A DNA stretch of 64,000 nt from an uncultured Nitrososphaerales archaeon (GCA_963713605.1 CAVQMO010000005.1:160001-224000); one strand, 5' to 3'; counted from the first letter of the stretch, positions 48,363-61,340 are shown. Notes: a model not told the origin generated them from the letters alone. A program made the numbers and translations.

Positions 48363-48788
48363 CTATTGTAATTCTGCCTGAATCCTTTTCACCAATTCCT
48401 CAGTATCAATGGGTTTCTTAATGAAGCAATCAATTTCAATTTGAGGGAACAATTCTCGTAAGGATCGGTAGTATACCTCGAATGCCGTAATAAAGCATAC
48501 CTTGACTTTCTTGTCCAACTTCTCCAATTCTTCATATAATTGAAACCCGTTCATTTTTGGCATCTTGATATCAAGGAGAAGTAGATTATAGACACCCACT
48601 TTGAAATTAGTCAATGCTTCACCAGGATCATTAAACGCATCGACCCCGTACCCCTTACCTTCTAAGCCCATTTTAAGCGATAAAGTCACATCTGGTTCAT
48701 CATCCACTAAAAGGATTCTTTTACTTTTTGTAGAGGCGTTTGCAGACAATGCAGATGAAGAGGGTAAAGAAGAGGTATCCTCCTGCAT
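48363..48788 (-). CDS. Stand-alone response regulator (receiver domain)
   Basis: LLVDDE, LLDIKMPKMNG, FITA, KP. Confidence 0.92.
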   Translation of the reverse strand: MQEDTSSLPSSSALSANASTKSKRILLVDDEPDVTLSLKMGLEGKGYGVDAFNDPGEALTNFKVGVYNLLLLDIKMPKMNGFQLYEELEKLDKKVKVCFITAFEVYYRSLRELFPQIEIDCFIKKPIDTEELVKRIQAELQ

Positions 48789-49082
48789 ATTTTACGTCAG
48801 TATTAATACAGTTGTTAGCCCAGGATAAATAAGTTTATGTGGGTTCAGGAAATAAAATTGACAAGAACAAAACAGTCTACGAAGATCCGTTACACGGCGA
48901 TAAATTTCAGTGCGACGACACTAAACATTAAATTTATGCTCATGGACATTAAATAGACCACCCTGAAAAAAGAATTTGGTCTGGTTGAGAGTATTTTGCC
49001 CATTTCCTGTTTTTTCTTCTCCTCATATCTGCTTTTCCAGTTCTCAAGGATCGAGACTAAATGTTTCGAACTAAATTAGTCT

Positions 49083-49680
49083 TTAACTCTTCTCTGACTG
49101 AGTTTCTCTCCCTAGAACCAGTATCAAATTGATACCAGTCGCAGGAAATTTTCTCACTCCAAGTAGTAGTTCATTCACTAGTTCTTCTAAAGGTCTATCT
49201 TTAAATCTTGTGCCAATCTCTAGTAGCCATGACTTTGCTTTCTCAAAACCTTCAGCCTTCTCGAGGACTTTGCGAAGGTGTGTTTGATTAGTAACTAATG
49301 GAAGAAGAGCATACAGGGTACTCACTAATATATCGACTACCTTGAACGGTAATAGAGTACGACTCGTATTCTGTACCTTGATAAAAGGGAATACCTCTTT
49401 GGAGCAAAGATGCTTGTTCCAACTCATGTAATCTTGCAGACACATCAGCTAGCCTCCTTGAAACAGGCTTTGCTGAAATTGGCAAGACATAAGGGATGTC
49501 TCCAATAAGAATTTTAATAGAATCGGGAAAAACAGTCCCACTTGATCGATTTGAAAATCGAGTTTGAAGCTGATTATCTGCATGCTGATGCTCCGTGCGA
49601 AAGAATCTCTCCTCTGATGCAAGGTATATGAGAATAGCCAATTGAAAATCTGAGTACTTTGATGCCTGATAAGTTGTCAA
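49083..49680 (-). CDS. Hypothetical protein, possible winged-helix N-terminus (joined across indel ~49316)
   Basis: RLHELEQASLL..YSITVQG pattern; frames join as EYLYALL. Confidence 0.55.
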
Positions 49681-49832
49681 TAATACCTACCCTTCCTTCA
49701 CTCATATCATATTGAGGAACTTTATCTTATACGTGTCGATCCTCAATGAATCAAAAAATGAACATAATGTACGGTTCTCTCGAGAGATAAAATGGATGCC
49801 AAAACCGAATTTACTGCATACAGTATAAACAT

Positions 49833-50120
49833 TTGAATTCTTTAAAAAGGATCCCAAATATAAGAGGCTTTTTTCGTCGTACTGTTTGCTGTACCCATTT
49901 CGGGAGCGGTCGTGTTTCCCGCCCCAGTTCTAGGACAAGAGGAACTCCCAAAGGTGGTGAGATGACAAAAATACAGCCTCCAGTTCAGGGACCACTCCCT
50001 GGAGACGATACTTATCAAGCAGCAAATTGTATTGCCTTGTAACCTATACCGTAAACGCTGTCTGCTGAAGAATTGGACAACGTTGAACTGGAAGAGGACG
50101 AACATGAAGAAAGGGCCTAA
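49833..50120 (+). pseudogene. Degraded small secreted protein
   Basis: Signal-like FVVLFAVPISGAVVFPAPVLG-Q followed by frameshifts and in-frame stops. Confidence 0.35.
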
Positions 50121-50799
50121 CGGCGACTAAACCTGAGACGCACAAATAGACATTATTCTGGCTTTCCATGAGAGTTGTCTGGTGATATTTTTCTGTGAAA
50201 TGCCGTAGCCCTCAAGAATAAAGAATGGGGTTGTTAATCCTGAAACTTGTGATAGTGTATTTTCAGTTAGTGACGATGATTCTAACTTCCTGAATTACTT
50301 TCAAAAAAAAACTTTTATTTAGAATTAGATTATTATAAAATACAAGATTGAGTGAACGCCGAGATCTTTCCAAGGGACAAAAGGAGTATATCGAGGCGGG
50401 AAGCGGAGCTGGTATGGCGACGTCTTCTAGAGCTGTCTGCGAATACTGTGATGAAGGAAGACATAACGAATGTAATACAGAATCACAGTGCTATTGTGCA
50501 AAGAACGGACACAGGATGCTTTAAGAAGACGATTTTTATTGCAAACTTGGTGACCGTTTGGCAACAATACTTACCACGAAACTTTCGACCGATGAAGGAG
50601 GAGAGAAGTCTTCCTATAACACTATGAATCACATCTTCCTAGTCGTTATCAGATAATGTGGTTGTACCGCCATTTTGGTAGTTGTTTTGAATTAATAACA
50701 TGGATAGATGGGAAGCTGCTAGCAGAAATGAAAAATAGATTTTGAGTGCCTATTCTCCAATGTTTATATACGGGAATTAGTCGAAGGGCATCGTATAAT

Positions 50800-51403
50800 T
50801 GCCCTTGACAGATAAGATTAGAACATGTAATTTCGTTCGGCGACGCAATTTTCGCTTTCGCAATAACTTTCATGGCCATTTCAATTCAGATACCGAACCT
50901 CCCAGAAAATCTTACTCAAACACAGCCTCTTTGAAAGGTTAATAGAGCTACGCTCCCCTTTTGAGATTTATGCGCTTAGTTTTTTTATCATAGGGATTTA
51001 CTGGATTGCATACCATCAAATTTTAGGCCACATCGCGCGATCCCATGGAACCATGATCTGGCTAAATCTCTGTTTTTTATTCTTCATTACTTTGATATCT
51101 TTCGCAGTTGACCTCCAAGTCGATTATGGATTTTATCCAATTGTTTTTTCGATTTATGCTATAGTTCTGATTTTTGCAGGTTCATTGTTGGCCATAATTT
51201 GGCTCCACGTAAACAAGAATGTATTAATTGACAGTACTCTCATCCTATCTGCAATTCAGAATGTTACTCTACAAACCATCCTTACTCCAATCGTGTTTTC
51301 AATATTGATCTTGATTTCGCTTGTTAATATTCAGATTGCTTATTACTTTTGGTTAATCATAATACCAGCAAAAATAATCGTTAATAAGAAATGTCCCTAT
51401 TAG
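50800..51403 (+). CDS. TMEM175/DUF1211 family potassium-channel-like membrane protein (indel ~50926; start uncertain)
   Basis: RLEHVISFGDAIFAFAIT, YALSFFIIGIYWIAYH, IWLNL.FL. Confidence 0.8.
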
Positions 51404-51641
51404 GCATCTTCCGCCTAAAGATTTATTTCCATTTTGTTATTGGAAGTATTTTATCACAAATGGCTAACTGCATCTGGCAGCGAACTAGTATTCCTCTTGA
51501 TTTGCACCTTGATTGATCTGAGATACATTCTCACCTACAATCATACCGAGCTACAGCGGTGGTTGAGAGGAGCGATTAGTATCATGAACGAAATCAAATA
51601 TTGTTTTATAGAACCAAAGAATAAATGTAGAAAGAACCTTA

Positions 51642-52262
51642 ATGGATACTAACTTTCCATTTCTTAGCCCAATAGTTCAAATCTCCGATATGTTAGACCT
51701 TACATGTAGGCAATGTCTTAGTTCGATAGCACTTCAGTATGGTCAGACCATAAACCAATCCAGTCCTTCAAGTATCCTTGATTGGATATTGACATTTGCT
51801 GACATAGCAGGTGTCGCCGCGATTGGTTTGGTTATAGCAGTTGTATATTTCCAGAGCAGACAGAGGAAATTTACCGGGTTAATGGAAATCTTCAAGCTGC
51901 TTAATGGTAAGGAACAACGTGAAGCCAGAGCAATGCTGTTTGAAGCATATCGAAAATATAAAGAAACCGGCAATGATTCCATTTTTGAGAATGAATTTTA
52001 TAAGGAGTATGTAAATAGGACTATCTCAGATTTTAATGAAGTAGGTGCTCTCCTGAAGAAGGGCCTTGTATCAACTAACCTGTTTCTTGATGTATATTGG
52101 AATATTACGCTCCGCTCGTGGAATGCTTCGAGAATTATCGTTCAGAAAAGGAGGATTTCCAGAAACTATGATGAATACATGATAAATTTCGAGGTGCTTG
52201 CAAATGATGCGGAGAAGTACAAAAATAGACACTTTCCTAGCGCCTCTGTAGAGCCATTCTGA
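51642..52262 (+). CDS. Membrane-anchored hypothetical protein (DUF4760-like)
   Basis: One TM helix, then FNEVGALLKKGL..NFEVLA. Confidence 0.6.
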   Translation: MDTNFPFLSPIVQISDMLDLTCRQCLSSIALQYGQTINQSSPSSILDWILTFADIAGVAAIGLVIAVVYFQSRQRKFTGLMEIFKLLNGKEQREARAMLFEAYRKYKETGNDSIFENEFYKEYVNRTISDFNEVGALLKKGLVSTNLFLDVYWNITLRSWNASRIIVQKRRISRNYDEYMINFEVLANDAEKYKNRHFPSASVEPF

Positions 52263-52706
52263 TCTCCAGGACAGACTTCATTCTATTAGCGGGACATGAA
52301 ATCACGGGCTCAATACGGGTCGGGATATATCCTTACATTAAATCGTGCTTCACGGTAAGGACATGACTAGAAAGTTAGATAATGTAGTTCAGAATTCATC
52401 TTGCAATTTACCAAGAATTGTGAGCCTTTGAAGTCATAAAATGCATATTAATTTTGTAAAGACGTCGTATAAGATGGTCAGATTGACCCTAAGTTGGTTG
52501 GGGGACTAATTTGAAATAATGAGTAGTAGAGTAGATCAATTCGGAGGAATTCAATGCTTTTACTAGTAACACTGTTGTTGTGTGTTGCTCGTTGAGTGTC
52601 CTATTGTTCTTCTTAATTGAGATGGAATTTTAAAGAGTTGATCAAATAAGCATTCTGACGACTTGACAAAAAGAAGAAAAAAAGTATGTTTTTTTGGGTC
52701 TCTTTA

Positions 52707-53522
52707 CTACCTTCCTATACACAGACCACTTGGATTACTTGTCTGACAGCTGTTGTCCACATATTGATTTGCGTTGATGTTTGTTGGTAGTCCGTTTGCA
52801 TTGTTAAGGTCAATTACATTCTCAAGTACGTTATTTGCTGATATTGTATTCTGTTTGCTCTGTCCATCTAGAAATACTCCATTCTGACTTCCAACTACAT
52901 TGTTCATTCCTACACTGGACTGTTGTGTGTTGACAAATGTTATTCCTGCTAGCAAGTTGCCATTCATAAGGTTTGAGTCTATAGCACCACCTGTACTTGA
53001 GTGAGATGCTACACCTATACTATTACCCTGTATGATGTTTTGTTTTACTTGTGCATTTTCACTCCTGTCATAAATGTACCTATCTGGTTGTTAGATAGTA
53101 TGACAGAATTAATCGTAAATCCATTTGCTCCAGTAAGAAGTACTCCTGCTTGGAAGTTGCTGAGTGAACCAGGTCCATTTACTACTACATTATCAACATT
53201 TGGTACCATAATCCCAACTTTAGAGTCTGTCCTGTCCAGGTCCTGTGATTGAGAATCCATTCATGTTAATTACTGTGTTTGGACCACCTACTATGATACC
53301 ATCTCCACTATTGCAGTTAAGATTTGCAGTTAGATTTACTACTCCGCTTACCACTTGTCCACATGCTGCGTTTGTTGATGCTCCTGGAGGAGTCCCACCA
53401 CCTTGTTGTGCAGTCGCGGGTGTTGCTGTACCTATTGTCAGTGTGCTCAATGTGATTAGCGTGACCAATACCGATGCCGCTATCATGGATGATATACTAC
53501 TACGTTTGCCTTCTAGTTCCAT
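52707..53522 (-). CDS. Secreted right-handed beta-helix protein, copy 2 (compensating indels)
   Basis: Near-identical to 42617..43440 apart from the signal peptide. Confidence 0.82.
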
Positions 53523-54084
53523 TTCTTAATCAACCAGAATCAAAGAATCTGTATTATATATACGGATGCATGCACAGTACTAAATCTATGATTGATTGCA
53601 TTCGATTATAAATATTCATTCAAGTTATTGACGATAAGGCTTTACTAGAAAAATAATATATTTTACTGTAACAATGTTATCATATGGGACCACTTATATA
53701 CTGTGTAGGAAATAAATTATACTTCGAATTTCGGGTGGACTTTCTGCTACCTCAATATCAATATAACTACTTCCTCAAAAGTAAAGTACACGAATTATCT
53801 GCTTATCTTAGATATTCGAATAAATTGAAAGTTCAAAATATTGCCTCATTGCAAATAGTTACACAGACTATTATGAAATTAATGCTTTCTGTAGTAAGAA
53901 TCAATTAATGAAACCGATTCTACAGTTTAGGAACTAAAAATATGCAGAGATGAAATGCGGCTCTATGTCGAACAAATTGTGAGTTTGTAGTCTTAGTTTT
54001 TTCGTTATCGTATTTGCAATAAATTTCTCTATAAGCTTGAGCCAAAGCTCTTTAGCGCAGATTGATGTAGTTGACTCAATTGGC

Positions 54085-54561
54085 TCAAGCGTCAGACTCG
54101 TCCTTCGATGACCAGAAAGTGCCTCCAGACAGCTTCCAAGCTTTGTAGTCAAAGAGAATCTTCTTGTGATCAAAAGCTAAACTACGGTTATCGAGAGCTT
54201 CTAAATTGATCCATTCTATCTCTGCTGCATCGTCCTGAGCTGACGCCTGCACCGGTTCGGTTTCGTTATCGATAGGAATCATTGCCACAAATACTGTCGA
54301 CACTAGATGTCCCCTTGGATCCCTTTCTGGATCAGAATAAACCCCAAGAATTTCCCTTAAGCCAACACTTAAAGACGTTTCTTCATTTGCCTCTCGTTTC
54401 GCAGCGTCTTCAATTCTTTCTCCGTCGTTTACGAATCCACCTGGAAGCGCCAAGTACCCTTTATAGGGTTCATTCTTTCTTCTTATCATTAGAATCCTTG
54501 AATTCTGTTCAATGATGACGTCAACAGTCGGAATAGGATTCTTGTATTGCTTTGAAGACAT
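54085..54561 (-). CDS. NUDIX hydrolase (ADP-ribose pyrophosphatase-like)
   Basis: LPGGFV..GE...AAKREANEET, RDPR, LAFDH. Confidence 0.92.
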   Translation of the reverse strand: MSSKQYKNPIPTVDVIIEQNSRILMIRRKNEPYKGYLALPGGFVNDGERIEDAAKREANEETSLSVGLREILGVYSDPERDPRGHLVSTVFVAMIPIDNETEPVQASAQDDAAEIEWINLEALDNRSLAFDHKKILFDYKAWKLSGGTFWSSKDESDA

Positions 54562-55177
54562 GCAGATCGAATTATGAAATGCGCTTTAAATAATCTAACT
54601 AATTAACTCGTAGTCAGATCCACACGGCGTTTGGATCGGGTTAAAAGAAATATTCTAGCTGGCCAGATATTGGCGCCCAAATCTATACTGAAGTTTCTCT
54701 GGTTTGAGAAGCTGATCATTTTTGTCCAAGTCTCCAAATCTAAATTGTCTCCACTCTTCTGCACTAGCAAATTATACCTTGCCTAAGGACTCTACAATGT
54801 CCTCACGTCCTTAATCAGCTAATTGGGAATAAGAGAATGAGCTCACAAGAATATTGATAGCTTGGTTGAATAAGACAAAATTAAGGTTGGAATAATTCCC
54901 TTCAAATAAAACTTTCCAATGATAAGGTTCGGAAGTCAATGGGGGGGGGAAATAATCTATGAAATAGCACTATTTTTTATTGAGGAATTTGTGGTCCATT
55001 GATATCCTACCCTTTATTTTGATATTAAAGATGCACGTGGATCATCAATATGAATTGCCTATTTGACGGAAGGCTGACAACCTTGCTACTTTCGATGTGG
55101 TCAGGGCAGGAATGGACGCAACCCTGCTTTCACCTTCCGTTATTGGTAACAATACAACAGCTTAAATCTTTGGGTTA

Positions 55178-55969
55178 ATGGATAGTATCATGGACAATCC
55201 AGTGTATAATCATAGAAATCTGATTATCGATCAATTCACCAAGCAAGCTGTGCCATTCGCTAAAAAATCTAGCCAATACATTGGGGAAGTGTTTGAGAAA
55301 ATCCAGACTCTGGTTCACGCTACTAAAAATGATATCGTATTAGATGTAGCCTCTGGGACGGGCTCACTAACTGTTGAGTTCGCTAAGATATGTAGGCAAG
55401 TAACCGGAATTGATATAACCCCAGCAATGATTGAACAAGCCAAAATCCTGCAGAAAATGAACTCGTTAGATAACATAACTTGGGATATGGGGGATATAAC
55501 ACAGAAATTGCCCTATCCATCAAATTCATTTTCTATCGTCGTTACCAAGTATAGTTTTCATCATTTGCTGGATCCCCTTTCAGTCCTCATCGAAATGAAT
55601 CGAGTTTGTTCTACCACCGGAAAAATTGTAGTTGTGGATCCAACCCCTCCTCCTGAGAAAGCAATTCAGTATAATCAAGTAGAACGTCTTCGGGATCCCT
55701 CACATGTAAAATCGCTAACAATTTCCGAACTTGAGCATCTATTTCAAAAAGCGGGAATACCAATTCTAAAGCGAGGGTTTTATAGGATGAAAATTGGACT
55801 TGAAGATCAACTCCAAACTTCGTTTCCTGATCCTGCAAATATCGAAAAGATTCGCCAATTGTTTATTGAAGATACAAAGAATGACGTACTTGGACTAGAT
55901 AGTCGTTTTGAAGGAAACAAAATTTATTTTTCATATCCTAATTCCATTTTTATAGGCCAAAAGCCATAA
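55178..55969 (+). CDS. Class I SAM-dependent methyltransferase
   Basis: VLDVASGTG, GIDIT, SFHH, RDPSH. Confidence 0.9.
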   Translation: MDSIMDNPVYNHRNLIIDQFTKQAVPFAKKSSQYIGEVFEKIQTLVHATKNDIVLDVASGTGSLTVEFAKICRQVTGIDITPAMIEQAKILQKMNSLDNITWDMGDITQKLPYPSNSFSIVVTKYSFHHLLDPLSVLIEMNRVCSTTGKIVVVDPTPPPEKAIQYNQVERLRDPSHVKSLTISELEHLFQKAGIPILKRGFYRMKIGLEDQLQTSFPDPANIEKIRQLFIEDTKNDVLGLDSRFEGNKIYFSYPNSIFIGQKP

Positions 55970-56372
55970 TACTTATTGTGCACCAATACTTCTAGTATAG
56001 ACAGAATTCAAAATTCTTAGGGCCTAATCCAATACCAGGTTGAGTAAGGGGAATACTTTGGTGAGAGGTTGAACTGATTTAAGGTAGTCCCCAAAGTACA
56101 CATTATGGGTTTTCACAATCTATGCTTTAATTGTGGGGCATAGTATGAGGGAGTGCAATGATTTCACGCCCACATCAGCCGTTCAACGCTGACACGTCAT
56201 ATTGACGCCATACTTGAATTGCTCTACGCGGCACATTAATGGACGTCCGAAAAAATTTAGCTCACGTTACCTCCCACTACTCTTTCTATTCAAGGAGGTT
56301 GTGATGGTGGAGATGCTAATTGAAAGCCTCTCATGCTGTCGTTTTTTCTTATTGTTCGGTGGATCGAACCTT

Positions 56373-56868
56373 TTAATGGCTCTTTAGGGTACTGGGTGTA
56401 TCTGGGTGGCAGGTACGATATCTTTTCTGGTTTAATTTTTAAGATTATTCTAGTTACTTTGGGAGAGTGAGCGGGATATTTGTCAGTATTAAGGTATTTT
56501 CTTGCGAGCTTATCAATATGCTCGTCAGCTCTACTCTTTGATTGTTCGATCACTTTCCCCTTGATGGTAACCATACTATAAGGGTTATCCTTTCCGTCAA
56601 TCATTGATATTGATACCCGAGGATCTCTTGACACATTTTTTTGCTTCAACCTTCCGACTGCTGTATTGATTAGGATGAACCCCTGCTCTTCATCGATATC
56701 TATCCAAGTCGGGGTCACCTGGGGTGAGCCATCCTTGTTAATAGTAGATATGAACGCAAAATTCCTGTCTGCAAAGAATTTAAGGATTGGCTCGCTGAAT
56801 ATATCATGTGAGTTTACCGCTGTCAATGCCGATCTTTGTTGTGTTGCCTCACCATATATTTCTTGCAC
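56373..56868 (-). CDS. PPOX-class F420-dependent oxidoreductase
   Basis: STINKDGSPQVTPTW, KQKNVSRDPRV, LARKY. Stop inferred after removing one base at GTAC ~56387. Confidence 0.88.
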
Positions 56869-57545
56869 ATTCTCTCGAGAATCAAAAATATCGGTTTACG
56901 AGAATTGTGATTAAAATTTAGAATGTAACTTTCGTAGAATATTAAATAAGGACAATTTCCAAATCAACTTTCCGATGATTATTAGCCAGTATTGTGCTCA
57001 ATGACCCAATAAGTATCTACAGATATTAGATTCTTGAAATAACTTGCTAAAAACTAGACTTTATCCTCAACTCAGCATTTTTACTTTACTAACGGTCCCT
57101 ATCGTTAACTAAGTTAAGCATGCCATAAATAATCGGTCCCCTAAAATGACGGTAGAAATTACACAAGAGGAAATAATGTTTAATGAAAATATCAAATTTT
57201 CTAAGTAGAAAACAGAACTTGAACGGTGACTTGTCTTTTCCTTGCAAAGAGTGTGGGATGAAATTCACAGAACAAGAAAGACTAAAAAAACATAGAAAAA
57301 TTGCTCATTCTGGTAGAGGGGAGAGGAAAAAACCTTCATCCCCTTAATAGCTACTCTCATTTATCCCAAGATTAAAATATAGCATGATTAATTCTTATTT
57401 CATTTTTAGTATATGTAGGCAGCAAATACTACCTGCAACCATTCCATTGGCGATTAGCCTGAGTTCCAGTTTAGTCTTTCTTTTGTAATGATGTATTTTC
57501 GGCCAGCGTACAACTTGTTATTGTTCTTGTTCTAGTTGTTGTTTT

Positions 57546-57830
57546 CTAGTTGCCAGCTCTCTTTATAATGTGATAACCGAATTGGGTCCGAACTGGCTCA
57601 TTGGTCAATTCCCCTTTCTTTAGCTTGAATGCCGCTTCTTCAAACGGTTTTACCATCTGTCCCCTCCCAAAAAGTCCTAAATCGCCGCCGCGCTTTCCGC
57701 TCCCCCTATCTATAGATAGTTCCTTTGCTAGGTTGGCGAAGCTTTCTCCTCTTTTTAATCTTTCTAGGACTTGAAGTGCTTCACTATGTTTGTTCACAAG
57801 GATATGCGAACATTTGATTTTGTCGGCCAT
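57546..57830 (-). CDS. Parvulin-type peptidyl-prolyl isomerase
   Basis: [28 protein letters not shown]. Confidence 0.95.
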   Translation of the reverse strand: MADKIKCSHILVNKHSEALQVLERLKRGESFANLAKELSIDRGSGKRGGDLGLFGRGQMVKPFEEAAFKLKKGELTNEPVRTQFGYHIIKRAGN

Positions 57831-57901
57831 CTTCAGTTCTGAAGGTAGCACGTTATCAATTCACAGGAAACCACAATGTATACATCTGTTACCAGAGCCA
57901 A

Positions 57902-58084
57902 TTATCCAGCCGTGCGAATTAATCCTCTGAGTTTTTCTTTAAATTCAGGAGTAATATCTTCTTCTTTCATTCCATGATCCTTCATTGCGTGTTCCCCTCC
58001 CTTCCGAAATATTTCTTCTTCTGTTTCGCCAGTAACGATGTAGTCGCAATCAAATCCTGCTTCTCGACATGCTAATGTTTTCAT
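57902..58084 (-). CDS. DUF1059 small metal-binding protein
   Basis: CREAGFDC..GETEEE..H...HG. Confidence 0.85.
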   Translation of the reverse strand: MKTLACREAGFDCDYIVTGETEEEIFRKGGEHAMKDHGMKEEDITPEFKEKLRGLIRTAG

Positions 58085-58565
58085 GACTTAATAGCAGCGA
58101 ATCCAGTATAATTAACTTGCTAAGCAAGAAACCCATGTGATTCTATTGTAAATTTTGAGATTTGCAATGTCTTCAATAAATTTTTAGAAATAATCATATT
58201 TAATGAATCGATATGGAAAAAGGATTCAACAAATGAGGGAGTGACAGATTGTATTCGCAAACTCTTGTATAAATTGAAAATAATAAAACACTTCTTTTAG
58301 TGCTAGAGTAGATAAATGAAATTAACTACTAGAGCAGATGCGATAAGTTTGGACGGACCAGCCCTGAACTCATGGTGTCGATCCTAAAGGTAACGACGAC
58401 GAGACACAAAGTATGCAATCATCGCGCATTAATTGCCTAAGGGTGAACTTTATACTAACATATGACCTGTGAATATAAGTGACTAATTGCGAGTATACTT
58501 GTAAGTGCTAAAACGATCGTCTTGTCAAGAGTCAACCTTATATAAATATCCGTTATCAGAAGGAC

Positions 58566-59007
58566 ATGATGAAAGTATCGAAAATACTTGTTGGCATAGA
58601 TGGTTCAAACCATTCATTCAGGGCAGCTGAATATGGAATGGATATTTCGAAAAAATATAACGCCAAGTTGATTGCGATTACAGTCATGTCCATGCCAGCA
58701 AAATCCCGTCTTTCTCAACAAGAAGCAATTGAAGTAGGTGCCGGACTTTCTGAAATGAACAAAGCAAAGACATGGTTCGAATCATTTACTCAAAGAGCAA
58801 TACAGAATAAAATTGAACTAAAAGCTGAGCTTGTCAATAGTCAAAGGCCTGTTGATTATGTAATACTAGAATATGCAGAAAAGGAAGGTATCGATCTAAT
58901 CGTCATTGGGACAAGAGGGCGGACTGGACTCAGTAAATTATTGCTCGGGAGTGTAGCATCGGGTATCGTCAACTACTCACATAACCCAGTACCTAGTGGT
59001 AAAGTAG
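58566..59007 (+). CDS. Universal stress protein
   Basis: ILVGIDGS, DLIVIGTRG..LLGSV. Ends PVLVVK-stop after removing one C at GTAC. Confidence 0.92.
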
Positions 59008-59394
59008 TAGTCATTAGAGATGGTCTTTCGATAGAAGACCTTTTCCAACCGGCGACGCCAACTGACTTCATATTCTTATTACGATATCATCAGATATTTT
59101 TATCGGCTGACCAATTTTAGATAACATTTGTGAGTCTCGATCTAAATGAGTTTCGTAACAAAATGTGAGCTGAATGTCACTTAGGAGAGATGACTGTTTG
59201 GGATCCTTAAATAACACTAAATTGACTAACCATTCAATCAGGCAACCAATAGAACCACGTCCACTTAGTCTAGAATGGATGAGTAGGCAAATGACTTTAA
59301 GAGCATATGTCAACAAAGCCAATAATTAGTCAATAGTACTACAAGCATATGTATCGCAACCTCTTTATTTTGCTATTGATTTCAATGACTTAGT

Positions 59395-60171
59395 GTGACT
59401 TCGAAGGATCCACATGTTGTATCTTTTTCATTAGCAATGTTACTCAGTACCATTCTCATTTTCTCTATCAATTCTGTCAAACTGTCTTTTAGTTACGATG
59501 AATATTACGGTGGAAGTCAATTCCGCTACATTGGTACTAACGAGAACAATGATAGTCCCCACGATTTAGATCTATTAGAAATATGTTGCTCTTGGTCAAA
59601 CGCAATAGCTGACGGGATCTTGACTTATGCTTTGATAGAAACGGTGGAGGTAGATGAATCAACAAAACATGCAGTTGAAGACGCGGTTAAAGAGTGGGAT
59701 TCTAATATTGAAGGATTGGAACTGAGAGAAGTAGAACAATCCTCCCCTGCTCCTGATCTCCAAATAACATTTGACAACCTACGAAGTATTGAAAAAGGAA
59801 ACCGAGAATACAATTTCAAAAATGATATAGACGATCAACTGACGGTAATACCAACTGCGGGTTGGACCCAATTTAGATTCACAAACCAAGGACTAATAGA
59901 CAGTGTCAAAATAACCATTTCTGACGATGTATTGAACTTCGGTTTTAATAATGGCATTATAGAGCAGATAGCAAAACATGAGATGGGACATGCTCTTGGT
60001 CTTGGACATTCCTACGACGAGGAACGACTGATGGCAGATATTGTTATTGAAGAAAGAACAGAGAACATATCAGAATGTGAGATAAATGGAGTACTCCAGG
60101 CAAATCAATGGAAATTATTGAATGCAAAATCTATCCCTGGACCTCCTATGAGAGGATATATCATATGTTGA
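59395..60171 (+). CDS. Secreted metzincin (matrixin-like) metalloprotease
   Basis: HEMGHALGLGH plus Met-turn LM; signal peptide. Confidence 0.88.
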   Translation: MTSKDPHVVSFSLAMLLSTILIFSINSVKLSFSYDEYYGGSQFRYIGTNENNDSPHDLDLLEICCSWSNAIADGILTYALIETVEVDESTKHAVEDAVKEWDSNIEGLELREVEQSSPAPDLQITFDNLRSIEKGNREYNFKNDIDDQLTVIPTAGWTQFRFTNQGLIDSVKITISDDVLNFGFNNGIIEQIAKHEMGHALGLGHSYDEERLMADIVIEERTENISECEINGVLQANQWKLLNAKSIPGPPMRGYIIC

Positions 60172-60920
60172 GAGTCCATCTAACACTAAGTAGAAATCAA
60201 TAAATGGAATGACAATATGATTTAGACCAAGATATTTTATCTGAAGTCTTGAATACTCTTCCAGAATTGGACTTTGTTGTTTTTCGTCATTGTCTAAGTA
60301 TGATACATTTTCACAACATTGCGGCTTGTGAGATATTACTTGGTTTCGTCACCAATATCGTCCAATTTCTCCATCTGTGTGCTTTTTGTCATCATAGGCT
60401 TATCATGGATATGTCGAATATATGCGACAAATAAGGAAGCATGTATTAGGTGACCCAACAGAATCTCAGGCTGATCGCTCCAATATATAGGATCGTTGGT
60501 AACAAGAATATTAAAAGATAATGTTGATTCAATGGAACGAACAAATGGAAGTGTCTAGAATTCTTCATGATCGCCATTGAGGACAATCAAACGAAATGCC
60601 CCAGGAAAGTATTGAGCATGTCAGTGACAAAAGTAATGCCTCCTAACTTGTAAAATGTATTTCATTGAGTCATTCACACTAGAGATTGTAAGGCATGCAA
60701 TCTCGTTCATGATTATAGCCATAATTGTAGAAAGAATATGGTACTTAGCAATGCGTTAAGGGATCTCCCCTTTTCATTAATGTCTCGGCTCAGGTCAGGT
60801 TGAGCTCGCACCGAAAGAATTGATAGTAAACTACAGCTCATCTTCATCAAGAGCTTGATGGAGACATTTACCCTGGCAGTTATAGTAATTATTTTATTCT
60901 ATGAACACTAATTTAATTAT

Positions 60921-61340
60921 ATGACGAAACAGGATTCTCATACAGATTCACAGCTGAAAAAAATTTACGAGTTGAAAAATATAGCAGTAGTGGGTATGTC
61001 AACAAACGAAGAAAAAGCGGGGCATTTTGTACCAAAATATCTCATCCAGCATGGATATAATGTGATTCCGGTGAACCCAACCGTTCCCGAAGTATTAGGA
61101 CGAAAATCATATTCTACGATATCTGATATTCCAAACAGAGTGGACATTGTAGACATTTTCAGAAAATCAGAAGATGTGCCATCAGTAGTCGATGATGCAA
61201 TCCGCAAAAAGGATCAAATCAGAGTAATTTGGATGCAGGAAGGAATCTATAATGATGAAGCAGAGAAGAAAGCAAAGGAAAACGACCTAGACGTCGTTTT
61301 CAATAGGTGTATGATGGCAGAACATAGAAGACTTTTTTAG
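60921..61340 (+). CDS. CoA-binding domain protein
   Basis: IAVVGMS, IPVNP, VDIFR, WMQEG, RCMM.EH. Confidence 0.92.
   Translation: MTKQDSHTDSQLKKIYELKNIAVVGMSTNEEKAGHFVPKYLIQHGYNVIPVNPTVPEVLGRKSYSTISDIPNRVDIVDIFRKSEDVPSVVDDAIRKKDQIRVIWMQEGIYNDEAEKKAKENDLDVVFNRCMMAEHRRLF

Noticed and set aside
28205..55969. The two SAM methyltransferases as the source of DNA modification
   Set aside because: Both look like small-molecule class I enzymes, with no DPPY/SPPY or PC motif in a DNA-methyltransferase context.
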